Assembly: GCA_002633005.1 (NCBI GenBank)
Contig: NMRA01000019.1
Coordinates: 646,343 to 710,342, forward strand
Source of the DNA: Phoronis australis
Lineage: Eukaryota; Animalia; Phoronida
Reading direction: 5' to 3'
DNA length: 64,000 nt
Made by a program: the position numbers and the translations under genes. Within the stretch, counting starts at the first letter, position 1, and each line of letters starts with the position of its first letter. Below the pieces are notes generated by a model, which searched no databases, was not told the origin of the DNA, and saw only the letters and a list, made by a program, of their open reading frames with translations. Positions 39,403 to 51,882 of this stretch are shown here, piece by piece.

Positions 39403-41797
39403 TGTTACTTACCTTGGAGGGCTCATCTAGCGTTTGAAAAAAGAAACCTTGTTGAAGTTGTTGACCTCTGTTGAAGTTATAGCAAAAACCAAGAAGGAAA
39501 ATGGATTGAAGTTCTTAATTTGATGATTCCTGAAAGCAGGCTGTACTGATGGAACTAACATAAAAGAATTTCCAGAGTTTTTGTTCCTAAATTGAATTGT
39601 TTTGTATAAAATTTTGTCGTTTTTCCAGAGCAACGATGTTATTCTGCTGGTATTCTGGTAGAAGCAAAACTTATTGATATGAAAAGGTTTTTATTTGTAA
39701 GTATTAAGCATGCGTATATTTTATAGAATATTGAGTGGGAAGTCACGTGATTTCATAACAACAAATATAGCGGATTTTCTGACTAATTAGTTTGTTGAAA
39801 GCAGACAGAAACATTTCATTTTCTTATTTATGGTTTAATATCAGATATCTACGTTGTCTTATGAAATTAGCCAATAGAGGTCTCTTGATAAGTCCCTTGA
39901 AACTTCAGTAATAAGCATTGTGTTGATGGTTCTATCAAAATATTTTGATACACGTGTGTTTGTTTCATGACTTGAAGTCATCGTTACTTTTTCTGAATTT
40001 ATATCGTTATATTAGAATATTTTAAAAATGAACTTTTGTAAAACAGTAGAAAACTAGTTTTGTACTTGCCTCAATTTGTAGGCTGTTATCATTGTGGTGC
40101 TTACTTATATTTACTGATCCAGTTGGCTTCTGAACAAAACAGGTGATATTAATCTAAATGGACTCAAGTGTCTAAAAAGCTATTTTTTCTAAAACTATTT
40201 TAGTGGCTGTTTTGGTTTCTATGTCCAACATTAAAACTTTAGGCAAACTGCAATACCTAATATATTTTGTGATACTGGGGTGTTTGATGTGGACAGAAAT
40301 AACAATTTTCTAATTTTTAAAAAGTTATCTGTAGCCCATATTGCTTCAAGTTCAGAGGTTGATATGGCCATCAATTGTTTTTCAATCTCGCCCTTGACAT
40401 TTATACATGTCAGAGGTTTTAGTTTGGCCATAGCAATTGCTAAAAAACTCCGTAGCAAAGCGTATCTCTTATTCACTGACGCAGCAAACACCGCCCCCGG
40501 TTGTCTACTTTTCCACAAAAATGCTCATGTCCTGTTACAGATGAAAACGGTAGCATTTTAGTGCTCCCCTGTAGCACTAAGAGAAGGATAAAACGTGGAT
40601 AAGATTTTTTACAAATTTGTTATTTTGCAATTGTTTCTATCCGAAATGTGATACTTAGTCATTGCATATATATGTAATTGTTAAGAACTGTGTTTTACAC
40701 TTTACTAGGTGGATGCAAAAATGTAAATAAAAACGAAATGTGCAGTTTATATGGACTTGTCAAAAGTAAATTGTTCAATAAAAAGTATTCAGTCATAGTT
40801 GGCACAAGGGTGATCGTGACTTGCATCTACACTACAATACAAGTGATTGTGTTTACACTAAAGTACAAGAGTGCAAGAGAACTAACAGTTTTGACTGGCC
40901 ACACTGCCATAATGTTTGATGCTGGGTCTTCTGTGTTACAAGAAACAGTCCCAATAGGGACTCCAATATGTTCCTGAAGGTTATGTAGGACCCTAGCAAA
41001 ATTCCAAACTTGAGATGATCATATCTCAGAAATGACTGACCAGATTCACCTGAAACTTTCAGATAGTATGCTTTATGCACAAGTCTCCAAAATGCTTTTA
41101 GAAATTATTTTTAAAATGTTGTGCTTTTTCATGGAGTATACAAAAATCTAATTTAGAATCCGGTAATTATTGTAACAACATATTTGAGATTTCGTCTTGA
41201 ACATTCGTATGAAGGGAATTTTGTCATTCCATGTTATCTTTGCTTTTGTTTTGCTATAAATGTACCTTCACTGAGCTACAAAAGATCTATAGTTTTCTGG
41301 TCATTTGGCGAAATACACATAATTATCTATAAATTCCTATATAACCTTAAATTTTCAGGGCGTTAGTAAACTTTGGATACTCATTTCTGATATATTTTTC
41401 TACCATTTTTATCATTGCTGTGAGCTACTCTTTGACATTATCCAATAACATATCTGAAAACAGCCCTTATTTCTATGAAACTAGGGAGTAAATCCTTAAA
41501 TTGAGGTCCTTGTATGAGAAAATTGTTGTTTACTTTCAATAATATTAAGAGTTCAACCTATGGTACTTATCTCTGGTATAATTTAAGTTGAAATGTGAGG
41601 TAGCAATGAACATAAAATAGCCGGGTTACCAGCGTTTGCCACAAAGTCCATAAGTGTGATGGTTGAATCCGGACTGGGAATGTTTTGTGCAATCGGCAAC
41701 AGCTGCCTAAATAAAATGATGTTGATGCAAGGGGGTTGTCAATATAGAGCAACATTTCATGGCAAGGTACGGAAATTTTAACAGATAAAGGTGTCAT

Positions 41798-42904
41798 CTA
41801 TGTGATTTCGTCTTCATCTGTTGAAGTTGACGTGTCTGATATTTTCAGATCCTTCTCGCTATCCTTTTCTTTGACAAACTTTTTGTTTGTAATAATGTTT
41901 GAATTCCAGTCGTTCACTTCGGTGGGTTGTTTTTGGCCCCGATTCTGTTGGACAGACCCGTCCTCTTCCATTTCCGGTATGTCGTGGCAAGATAGCTTCA
42001 CTGAGAAATTCCGCTCCTCGACCCATTTTAGGACGCGCTCATCCATCCGTTTCGTCGTCATAGTTTTATTCTCAGTCGTTTTAACAAATTTATGTTTTGG
42101 CAACAAAAACGACGCGTGAATTTCAAGGTTCCGCTCCGTCAATGCGTAAGAATCTCCTCCCGGTACCTGGTGGGCTGGCTTACGCACCCCGTGTTCAGTC
42201 TTTGAGTCATCTTCTATTGCGTAATTGTCGGTGAACGATACCTGCTTAACACTGCTCCTTTTTGGAGTTCGAAGTCGATACAGTTTTGCACTTTTGGTTT
42301 CTCTCTGAACATCAGACGAGTTCGGATTACCTGAAGAATTTTTAATGATGCCTACTTCCGATTGGTTAAATTTTACGTGCTGTTTTGTTGCCGATTTTTT
42401 GGAATAATCAGCTGCAAATAACTTCCTGATACTTGATGCTGATGGAAATATATGAGTTGATTGTTTGCATTCTGGCGATTTACTGGATGCGTCGCCTGTA
42501 TGATCCTGACCGGACGAACTTGACGCGTTGTGAAGATTTGTTGGCACCAATGTTATGTAGTGCGATCTCTTGTCGTAAATTGGCGGGAATTGGTCGCTTG
42601 GTTTTGTTGTCCTCACTAAAACACTAGTTGTAGGCCTTTCTACAACTCGATCCGCAAAATCTTGTAAACTAATACCTCGCCTCAGAGTTGATGCGCTGGC
42701 AAGAGATCTATCGTTCTTCTTGGAGTCGGACGAACTCGTCCCCAATGACAACGGTCTATGTTGACGAAATTCAGTATTGGCAAGTTCACCACTAGTAATC
42801 GCCACTGTATCTGAATAAGATCGCTGTACTTGGCGCTTCACAAGTCGCTTATACGCCTTTTCCTTATTCATTGCTTGTGGCCCAGCAACCAAGGACATTT
42901 TCAT
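41798..42904 (-). CDS. Uncharacterised 368-aa Ser/Thr/Lys-rich protein, single coding exon
   Basis: 1107-nt uninterrupted ORF in AT-rich DNA. Candidate splice acceptor (ttcgtttttcag on the minus strand) about 40 nt upstream of the ATG suggests a 5'-UTR intron. No domain recognised. Confidence 0.7.
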   Translation of the reverse strand: MKMSLVAGPQAMNKEKAYKRLVKRQVQRSYSDTVAITSGELANTEFRQHRPLSLGTSSSDSKKNDRSLASASTLRRGISLQDFADRVVERPTTSVLVRTTKPSDQFPPIYDKRSHYITLVPTNLHNASSSSGQDHTGDASSKSPECKQSTHIFPSASSIRKLFAADYSKKSATKQHVKFNQSEVGIIKNSSGNPNSSDVQRETKSAKLYRLRTPKRSSVKQVSFTDNYAIEDDSKTEHGVRKPAHQVPGGDSYALTERNLEIHASFLLPKHKFVKTTENKTMTTKRMDERVLKWVEERNFSVKLSCHDIPEMEEDGSVQQNRGQKQPTEVNDWNSNIITNKKFVKEKDSEKDLKISDTSTSTDEDEIT

Positions 42905-45837
42905 CTATGCCAAACGCATTGCTTTCTTGTATGTTAAGACCTTTCTGAAAAACGAAGTGAAAGAATATAACTCTTCAAAAGAACATTACACCTATTCAAT
43001 AAAACTGCCGGTAATTGTACGCCACACCGGGACTTCAACCTTTTGCTGGAGTGTCAATTTCCACCTTTGTGTGCTCGGTTTACAGTACATGGGAAAAGTT
43101 AAAGTACGAATGGTAGTCACTCCAGTCAAAAGCTCATTTTCGATTTTATGAAGTGTGACCTTGCCTGAGGACCCTGAAGACAAAATCATTTATTGGTTGC
43201 TTTCAGGGGTGATATTCGTGTACGAGTTACAAGTTTCACTGCCTGACGTTTTCTTGTTCCACAGTCGTCGAGTTCACCGGCGTTTGAAATTTTCTATTCT
43301 TGTATCACAATTTTTAAAAAGGACGTTACAGGTTTTACGGCCGAAAACCGCATTTTGGGGACAATTGTTGAATGAATCTTCTTGAAGTAATTCTGTAGCT
43401 TTGACTGAGCGCGCTATAAAACAGCAAAAAACGTTGTGTTTTTTTTGTAATTTTATTACAAATTGCCAATTCTCGCCGTAGTCTTCCAAACATTCGATGA
43501 AAGTAAGGCCTACAACTCCGACAATTTAATACGTTTAAAATACTCTGCTGCTGTCACTTGATCGAGTTGGATTTAATTCCACTGTAGAGCGTTAGACTGC
43601 CACAGTGACGGTTGTAGGTTTGATCTCAGAAAATAACTTTTCTCGTCGTTAATGCCCCTTTAAATGAAACCCGTCACAAGAAAACGAGGCCAAAACGATA
43701 CAGAACACCGTTCGTTAAAGCTACTGGTTCCTAGGTTAAAGGGATGTTATCGGCGAGGAAGGCGATTTTATGAGACCAGCCTTTAGCGCATAGTCCGAAT
43801 CTGGATCTTCCGCGGTCGCGGTCAGTTTTTACACTATGCTAGCGGAGCAAACTCCCACTCGTTAAATGTGAGATTATTTTAAGCGCGTTTATCTGGTAAA
43901 ATCCCCGACCTTGATTTCTGCTAATGTCTTGCAGACAACGTCGGTGAGGTTTTCCGATTTGTGTAATAAATGTCAAAAACACAACGGATTTTGTCGTTTA
44001 AACGTTCAACAACTCTATTTAATACTACAATAATACCAAAATGCGTTTTTCGACCGTAAAACCGATATTGTCCTTCAAACAAACATACCTGCCGAATCTT
44101 TTGATTAGCGGTTCGAAAACTAAGCAATAGCAAAAGTCATCATTTTCATAATAAAATTGGGCTCAAGGAAGGGTCCGTCATAACAACGTCAAAAGTAATT
44201 ATGAAATTGGAAACGCAACTTCGCCACAACGTCGTCGCCATAGAAATACACGTGTCACTAAAAGGGCTTAGGCCTGTCTGTGCCACGCCCATATACTTCC
44301 TAGTGACAGCGGAGACGGAGGGTGAAGGCAGTCTCCCCCACTTTTTTCTGATTGGCCATAGTTACCAATAACTCTGTGCATTCCACGTGTACGTGTTTTA
44401 ACCACCTGGTCCTCACCACTAAGGAAACATTCCGCTGCAAATGTAATTACGTGTACATGCGAACTGTTCTCTTTCGGGCGCAAATGGTGCCACGCTAGCC
44501 TAGGTGACGGCTCCCGAGATATAACGCAGGTTTGAGTGATGGGATCACATCAACGTCGGCATTCAAAGAATAGCAACAATCGAGTGGAGAAATCGAATGT
44601 AGTAAACAGACTGCGCATCAGATGTTAATGATATGTTATTAAAGATACTCTCCATGTGGTCTTGTGGGAAGTGATGGTGACCGTCTGTGACTGGCGGAAT
44701 GTTATGGTGACTGGCTGACACATCCAAATAGTACGAGAAAGGGAGGGACAGAATGGAGAGTGGGGATGATGCGTTATTTACTTACGAGCAATTTAAATTT
44801 TTAGAGTACAAAAAACAAGCGTTGTCATGTATATATAACCCGGAGATCTCCAAAAGTAAACGTCGCTTCACTGGACCACAAAAGCATATTTGGCGTTGAA
44901 TAGGTGAGCAACGCTGTGTAGCGTGAGAACTTTGTACTTTGGGCCCAGAGCCTTGTGTACTAAATAAATGATTATTTGAACAGCACAGTGCAATATTACA
45001 TGCCCTTAACAGGCAATGACCTGGGATATTGCAGTCGTGCAGAACTATTTTTATGCCTCAATCAACAGGAAAATTGGTGTGACCAAATCGTTAGAACTCA
45101 CGAAATCGTTTCCTGGTTTGGAATATCCATGCTTTCTTTCACGAACCCGGCTGTAAAGTCTGACTCGGTCTATAGTAGTGAAAATTTACACTTATAACCA
45201 ACCGTAAACACGAAATGAAACGTCTAGTCACTCCTGAAATATGAAGGTGGCAAATCTTCACCCCATCACGTCTACAGACGAAAGAATTACCATACTCGCT
45301 TTTTCAGCTTAGCAAGATGGTCTGCGAGAACAAGACGGGGATCCACTAGCGCATGCCTCGCTTTCATAAGATAAAGTGAGGCGCTCACACATGTACATGT
45401 AGTTGGTTGAACCGTAGCCCCACATTTGTTACCTGACTATTGCTTGTTACAAGATAATTCCTATCCGGCTTAAAAGTCAAATTAGAACTGACTGACACCG
45501 GGCGACAGAGACCGTACAAGCTGACTTCTGTAGCTGCGTTAAAAATAGGTGGGTCAGTTTGAACTTGAATTTCATTACCAGTAGCCTATGCCACTGATAT
45601 CGGGACAGTATTTTTGTAGATAGCCAGTTCTACTTTAATTTGTATTTTACTCAAGTACTTTGACAAGCAAACAGCTATGCCGGTCTCTTATCTAAAACTT
45701 GTCTGTCTGCGTTGGTCTTTATAGAAATAATAAATTAGTTTCTAAATTGAATTGTTACCATACGAAGATACAGTAACAAGAGTTTAAAGCATCGGGGCAA
45801 TGGTAACACAAAATGACGGCTCGCAACCAGTAGGCCA

Positions 45838-45993
45838 TGGGCGGCGCACCATAGGAGGCTGGGGGGGGGGGGNNNGGGGGGGGGGGGCTATAGCCCTCCC
45901 ACTTTTTCAGTGCTAGTCCGCACGTGGTCTATAGGAGGTCCACCACAGGGGGCTGAGGGGGCGTTAGTCCCCCACTTTTTCAGTGCTGCGCCT
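45838..45993. repeat. Short G-rich dispersed repeat (MITE/SINE-like) with an internal duplication; related inverted copy at ~23556-23610
   Basis: ggggctatagccctcccactttttcagtgct and cccccactttttcagtgctg here; cagcactgaaaaaagtggggctatagcccccc at ~23556. Confidence 0.5.
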
Positions 45994-46865
45994 AGACTTT
46001 CTCTAATAATTTCAGAGGAACGAATATTTACCACCAGGAAGTAATGGGCTACAAAATAACACTGAGCACGGCCTACTCGTACAGGTGACGACGAAAGGGT
46101 GTCAGTTATAGGAACTAGGAACACTACAAAACTCTAGAGAAGTGAATCATATGGTATGTAGGTGCTAGGAGTAAGTGCATTCATGATATGTAGGTTTGCT
46201 GAGAGAAAATTCTAGAGCCAAAATGAACTTTTATGTCAATAATTAAATTAGAATTAAACCCTTGTGTAACCGGCACAAACGGAGTTTAAGAAAATGTGAC
46301 TTTTTCACACAAGCACTCAACAATGGGTCTTTTTAATCATGATAACTCGCCGAAAGTAGGACATATATGTCTCCCCGCCATGGTGGGTATCCTAGCGGTG
46401 GTGCAACCCCCGCCGTCCAACTCGTACAGTGCCTCCACCTCGGGGCTCATAATAGTGCATTTACTATCTGTAACGCTTCTAAAAATAATTAGTGTCAATG
46501 GAATTAGAGGAAAACCTCTAAACAACAACTTTTGATGCAATGCGTTCGACATTCAGGGTTGAACCAAAACTCTTGCGATTGTGTCCATGCAATTACTGCA
46601 TTCAGTTGAAACGTTTTGGTGGCTGCACGACTTGGCGAACAGAAACATTTTTGAACAACTTGTTCTGTGCAATTTATCAAGTGAAAAGGGGACAACGCCG
46701 ATAGATGTCATGCCGCAAGATTTGTCAGTTCCCACAAGTTTGGCCTGCTGCTGATCGCCGAGACGTCACATTTAGGTTTATGTAACCAAAGCCGCAGTCA
46801 TTGTCATTTTTGAAAACCATTGTTTTGATTCATGTTTTGGGATGCAGGCCCCTTTGTTTTGTTTG

Positions 46866-46895
46866 ATGGTGGTGGTGGTGGTGGTGGTGGTGGTG
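46866..46895 (+). repeat. (GGT)n microsatellite
   Basis: Direct trinucleotide run. Confidence 0.85.
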
Positions 46896-49800
46896 ATCAC
46901 ATTATTTGCACTCCTATATGATCATTGTTTTTCCCAATTTGTTGGAGTAAACTTGCTTCAAGTCACGATACTGATATGTGTAACATTTCAGAGTTATGTA
47001 AACGTGTCTGTCGTACTGGAGATTGAATAAACCGCTCCGGATCAAATATTTTATCAGCTCAATGCCTGGAAACAAATTGATGACGTCTTGTTGAGATACT
47101 TTCGTTCGACGGAGTAGTCACTTGCCATAGGCAACATCTCCTTTAAATTTAGTTGCAACAATAGTCTGAACACGAGTCTTTTCGAAAAGACTAGTACTCT
47201 TAACTACCGTAGCCTAAAATCCATGTTTGATAGAGATCAAAGTAGATTTGGGCCTGCCACGACGACGCTGGGGTCAACATAGTGCGCTTGCGTTCGCTTC
47301 TGACGTCGTGCATATAACAATTAATGGATAAATTGATAGTCTAATGATAATCGATGTGAGTGACGTGAACATTTGCCGCTTATAACACCCAAATCAATTG
47401 GCCTTAACTTTTTGTCCAGTCACTAAGTATTTTATTTTGGGAATATTGTTTTTACAACAAAATGTTGATTTTTAAAGAGAAAATGGATGCGTGTTACGTG
47501 CGTATGGATGAATGTGTGAAAGCATCTACGTATTACGTACGTACGCATTTGCATGCAGATATGAACGTATGTGTGTATGTATGTCCATAGATAGCGAATA
47601 TCAGTAAACCAAGCCATTACACCGGTCTGACCAAAGTCGATATTAATTTTACTCTTTTAAAAACATCAGAAATCTTTGTGAGCACTGTGCTGTTTTTTTT
47701 GGTTTTGCGATATTCAGTGAATGATCAAAACTCCAGTTTGCTTGAAACGAGATGTTATACAACTACAAGTACGAGTGGCGTATGCAGCTCAGTGTAAAGA
47801 TATATGAAGTTAGCTACTTACCTACAAGCATATGAAGTCGTAAAACATATCCTTCTCTTAGTTCATAGTGGCTGCTATGAAGATCTTTCTTATTACATCG
47901 CGTCTCTAAAGACACCTATTGACTTTCATAATCCCTGTATCAGTGACGTCGCTAGCTTGTTAACTGAGTATAATTCTTTAGACAGTAACATGAGCCAGTA
48001 TCTATATGAACGCGGATTATCCGTTGGATTAGAAACGAAAAGCCGACCGTTCACCTCAAGATGGCGCGTTGCATTACACCTGTGATCGTGTATCAAGGCA
48101 GTTATTTTATGACGAAAAAGGGTCTTAATTGCTGACCCTCGTCTCTAAATGTCGCAGTTATTCTTATTAGCTTAAGCAACGTAACTACATACACGGCAAG
48201 CGCTAAGAAACTTCATCAATAAAACGTAACGGTAATGAAAATAATATACCGTAAGACGAGCTATTGTGACTTGTTTCTTTAAAACTATTCATTTTTCTTT
48301 AAATCAACCGAGCCATTCATTCGGGATATTTTTAAAAGTCAGCTTTCAATTTATTTAATAGAGCTGAATTAATGCGCACATTGTATGCCTCGCTTAGTGA
48401 ACCGATTCCATTGTATATTAACAGCCGTTCACATGAATAGTTGACAGATTCGTAGGGGGTGTATTCGCTATGACGGGAATATATATGTTTACAAATATGT
48501 ACAATGGGGAGGCATAGAAATTCCATGCGAAGTTTTAAATGTACATTATAATTACCCAAGTGTTCGATGTTTAGGCCAACCATGCCAAGAAAAATCTCAC
48601 GGGTTTCGTCTGCGGAAGGAGTCTAAACAGACGTGTCACGTATTAATTTGGGTAGCTCTCGTATTCCATCTCCGTTATTGAATCTCCACAATATAATTTC
48701 TTGTTTAAAGAACCTGCAGAGCTGATTGGGTCAAATCGAAATCGGTTACTTCAAACTGTAAGGACTTCCCATCGGAAGCAATCAATGAATTTCCAATCGG
48801 TCCATTTTTGGTTCGTATAATTATGAACTCTAACTCGCCGTATTTAGAAACTACCAAAACAAACGTTTCCTCCAAAACGCGAACCAAAACAATGGTTTTG
48901 AAAGATGGCGCTGTATGAGATTTTAAGCAGTTTACTCAACAAATTCAGATGCATTTGACGAAGTATAGGCTACTAGTCTATATTTTCGCGCATTTTAAAA
49001 ATAGTTAATAAAAGTCCAAAAGGCTAATAAAAATTAAAAAGAAAAACAATTGAATATTTACTAAGTATGCTGATAAACCAAGTTTTACAATCAGTTTAGT
49101 AGCATCAATGGCAGCACCAGACAGAAATTACCTAAAGAAAACACGGCAGCAAATATTTTGTAATTGAGATGTTTTTAATACCAAAAAGTGGATTGGTAGA
49201 ATTCGGTCATCTCTATTCATAGTCGTAATGCGCGTAATACAATTTACATTGATGTATAAATCAACAACTGGGTATATTGTACATTACTTGCCTGGTCAAG
49301 TAACTCGGGTTCAACACCCAGTAGACGGAACAATCGTTCTCTGCGCTGTGACGTTTTATCATTCTGACCTACTAGAGCGATACTAGCGGCCGAAATGCGA
49401 ACAATAGTAAACAGGCGGCAGATGTCGTGTTTCTCACAAAATCTCTCATTTTATCGTCCAACCTTTTGATCTGAAGACTGAACGTTTTCCACGAAATTTA
49501 GATCTTTGGCGTTAACAAGTTAAGCTAAATATTAAATGTAAGTAATTTGGTCGATTTTTTGTATGTGCACTATATTTGCATTTACTGTTTTCACTAAGTT
49601 GCACTTGAGTTTAAAACAAGTTACATGAGCTGAAACGAAAGTGGAAAGAAGTATGACTGGGAGTAGGCAACACGTAGGCCGGGCTCTTGCCCTGGTAGGG
49701 GCTACAATACTTCCCATGGCTTTCTGTGCGAATTTGGTCCCATTTATTTTAAACGGGCGGTAGGCTAAATCTGGCCACCGATTAGGAATTTTCACCTCGT

Positions 49801-49979
49801 CAAAAATACATTCCACACTTAAAACTATCACTTAAAAAGCGCTACTTTCTTCAGTGGCCTTGTACTTCCACATATGTTCGTTGGAGCTTAGTTACGAGAC
49901 TTCTTAAGTGACTTTGGCGAAGCATTCCAACTCCACTTTGTTGGTCACCATTAACTTTTTCACCCCACCCGCGATAACC

Positions 49980-50180
49980 ACAAAGTATTTCAACTAAGTC
50001 ACGTGAGTTAGGCAAAAGTTAACGCGAGACTGAGCGAAGCGCGTGACGCTGGCGCGTGACACTTGCAAAATAACACGAGAAGGTATTGGGTGAAATTTGT
50101 AAGATTTGATTCCCGTGGACTTCCTATTCGTCAACATGCGTGATTTCACGTAACTTCCTCAAAATGGCACTCGGTGAGAA
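49980..50180 (+). promoter_or_regulatory. Candidate promoter or first exon region of the Tudor-MIF4G gene
   Basis: Locally CpG-rich; CACGTG E-box; repeated CGCGTGAC; TTCCTCAAAATGGC (ETS/YY1-like) followed by a possible donor cg|gtgag. Confidence 0.35.
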
Positions 50181-51882
50181 ACTCAAGCAAACTGCAACAG
50201 ATTTTCATCGATTTGTTCAAATTATCTTGACTGAATTGTCTTCAGACTTATTGTATGTGTTAATTGTAACTCCATGTACATATATGCATGTTTCATTTGA
50301 TTTTATTTCCTGTATTTTGAAATTTGTAACTTTTTGTGGGGGTGTATGCCTGCAGCATCCGGTGCGATGTAATTGCCTATTCGTTTACAAGATTAGATTC
50401 CAGGAATGGTCTTACATCCTTGACTGAGAGTTCAGTTACCAAAGTACTGCATTTCACATCACTGCTGCTTCAGCAAAGTTGGATAAGACTCAATGCCTAT
50501 CTCAACAATAACCTAAAATAATTAAAACATCGATAAAGACGTGTAATGTGTGTTATATTCTGAAATATGGAGAATAGATTGAGGTGTCAATTATCTTTTC
50601 CAGATCTTTATTAGTACAGTAAGAGCCTGCTAGCCTACACAACAGGGTGTTGGTGTGTCCATGTTTAGATGCTGTTGGTCTAGAAGTGATCCATTTCAAC
50701 AGCCTTTGAAGAGAAACTGAAGGGGCCAGAAATAAGGCAGGGACTCTATATCCAGATGGATGATTGCCCTGAAGAACGTGGAAAAGCATTGTAATATTAG
50801 ACCAGTTTAAACTGTATGTTGAAATCTTAGCTAACAAATTAGTGGACTGTTTATATACCACATCAAAGGAGTCAATATATACTAGCTTCAGAAACTGGAC
50901 TCAAGTCAAACATGCAAGGTTGATTCTCTCGGAAAACAAGGAAAAAGAAAGAATGCTCTGAGCTGCAATAGGCAAGATCCTTTGTGAGAGCGATGAGGCA
51001 AGGGTGACTTGAATTGGCATTTCTTATCGTTTGAGTTGAAGTTCCTTTAAATTTGGCTGCTGGAGTTTAGATTGCGTTCATTTAAAGTGTGCCTACTCAT
51101 TGTTTAGAAGATGACAGTGTAATACGCTTTTATGTCATGTGACAGTTTTGTGTCTTAATGGCAAGTTGGTGTTGAAGACTATTACTTGGACAAGAAGATT
51201 GAAAGGTGGACACAACTGGTGAACCTGTTGATTTAAGAATTGGCAAAAAGACAAAAGAATTGATTTACTAAAGTGACAAAAATTTACCACACACCACTTC
51301 TCTGCACAAGTCAAGTATTAATAGGTTGAGCTCCTGTGTCCGAACGTTTTCCATTTGGATCTTCTCTGGAAGTCTGTACAAGGCCTGGAAGTTGTGGTTG
51401 CCTATCTAGACAGAGAGCAGAACTCGGGGAAAGCAGGTTGTACTTGTATGTTTACTGGAAGTGAAGCAGTGATTTGTTATTGAAAGTAAGTTGAATGTTG
51501 GGGGTTGAGAATATCACATTGAAATTCATTTTGTAATGTCTTGGCTAGATTTTATATTGGGATTTGAAAAGTTAAACAAAGTGTTCACCGTATATGCGGA
51601 ATAATTTGATTGTGTTGATTTCAGATGCAGGGAAGGAGTATCCAACATCAGTTTCAAATGTTTTCCTTCCTCTCTGTTAAATTCTGGTTATTCAGTAGAA
51701 ATAGAGTTTTTATTTATCATTAGTTTAATTATTACTGTTACTGTTGTTACTATCGTAATTAAGGTTATTTAACCCTATATTGTTTTTCGTTCTTGCTTGC
51801 TGTAGGTCCCCGGCAGGAACAATAAAAGTGAAAGTTACTGACAAAGGGGGCGTGGTCAGGAGCCTGTGGTGGGTGGGGTATT

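Larger units (their letters stand above)
29005..40146 (+). repeat. Tandem segmental duplication, unit 2
   Basis: Colinear with ~11140-23426 apart from copy-specific insertions. Confidence 0.88.

Noticed and set aside
40150-41450. Possible non-autonomous DNA transposon after the duplication end
   Set aside because: The sequence looks TE-like but I could not identify matching TIRs or a TSD.
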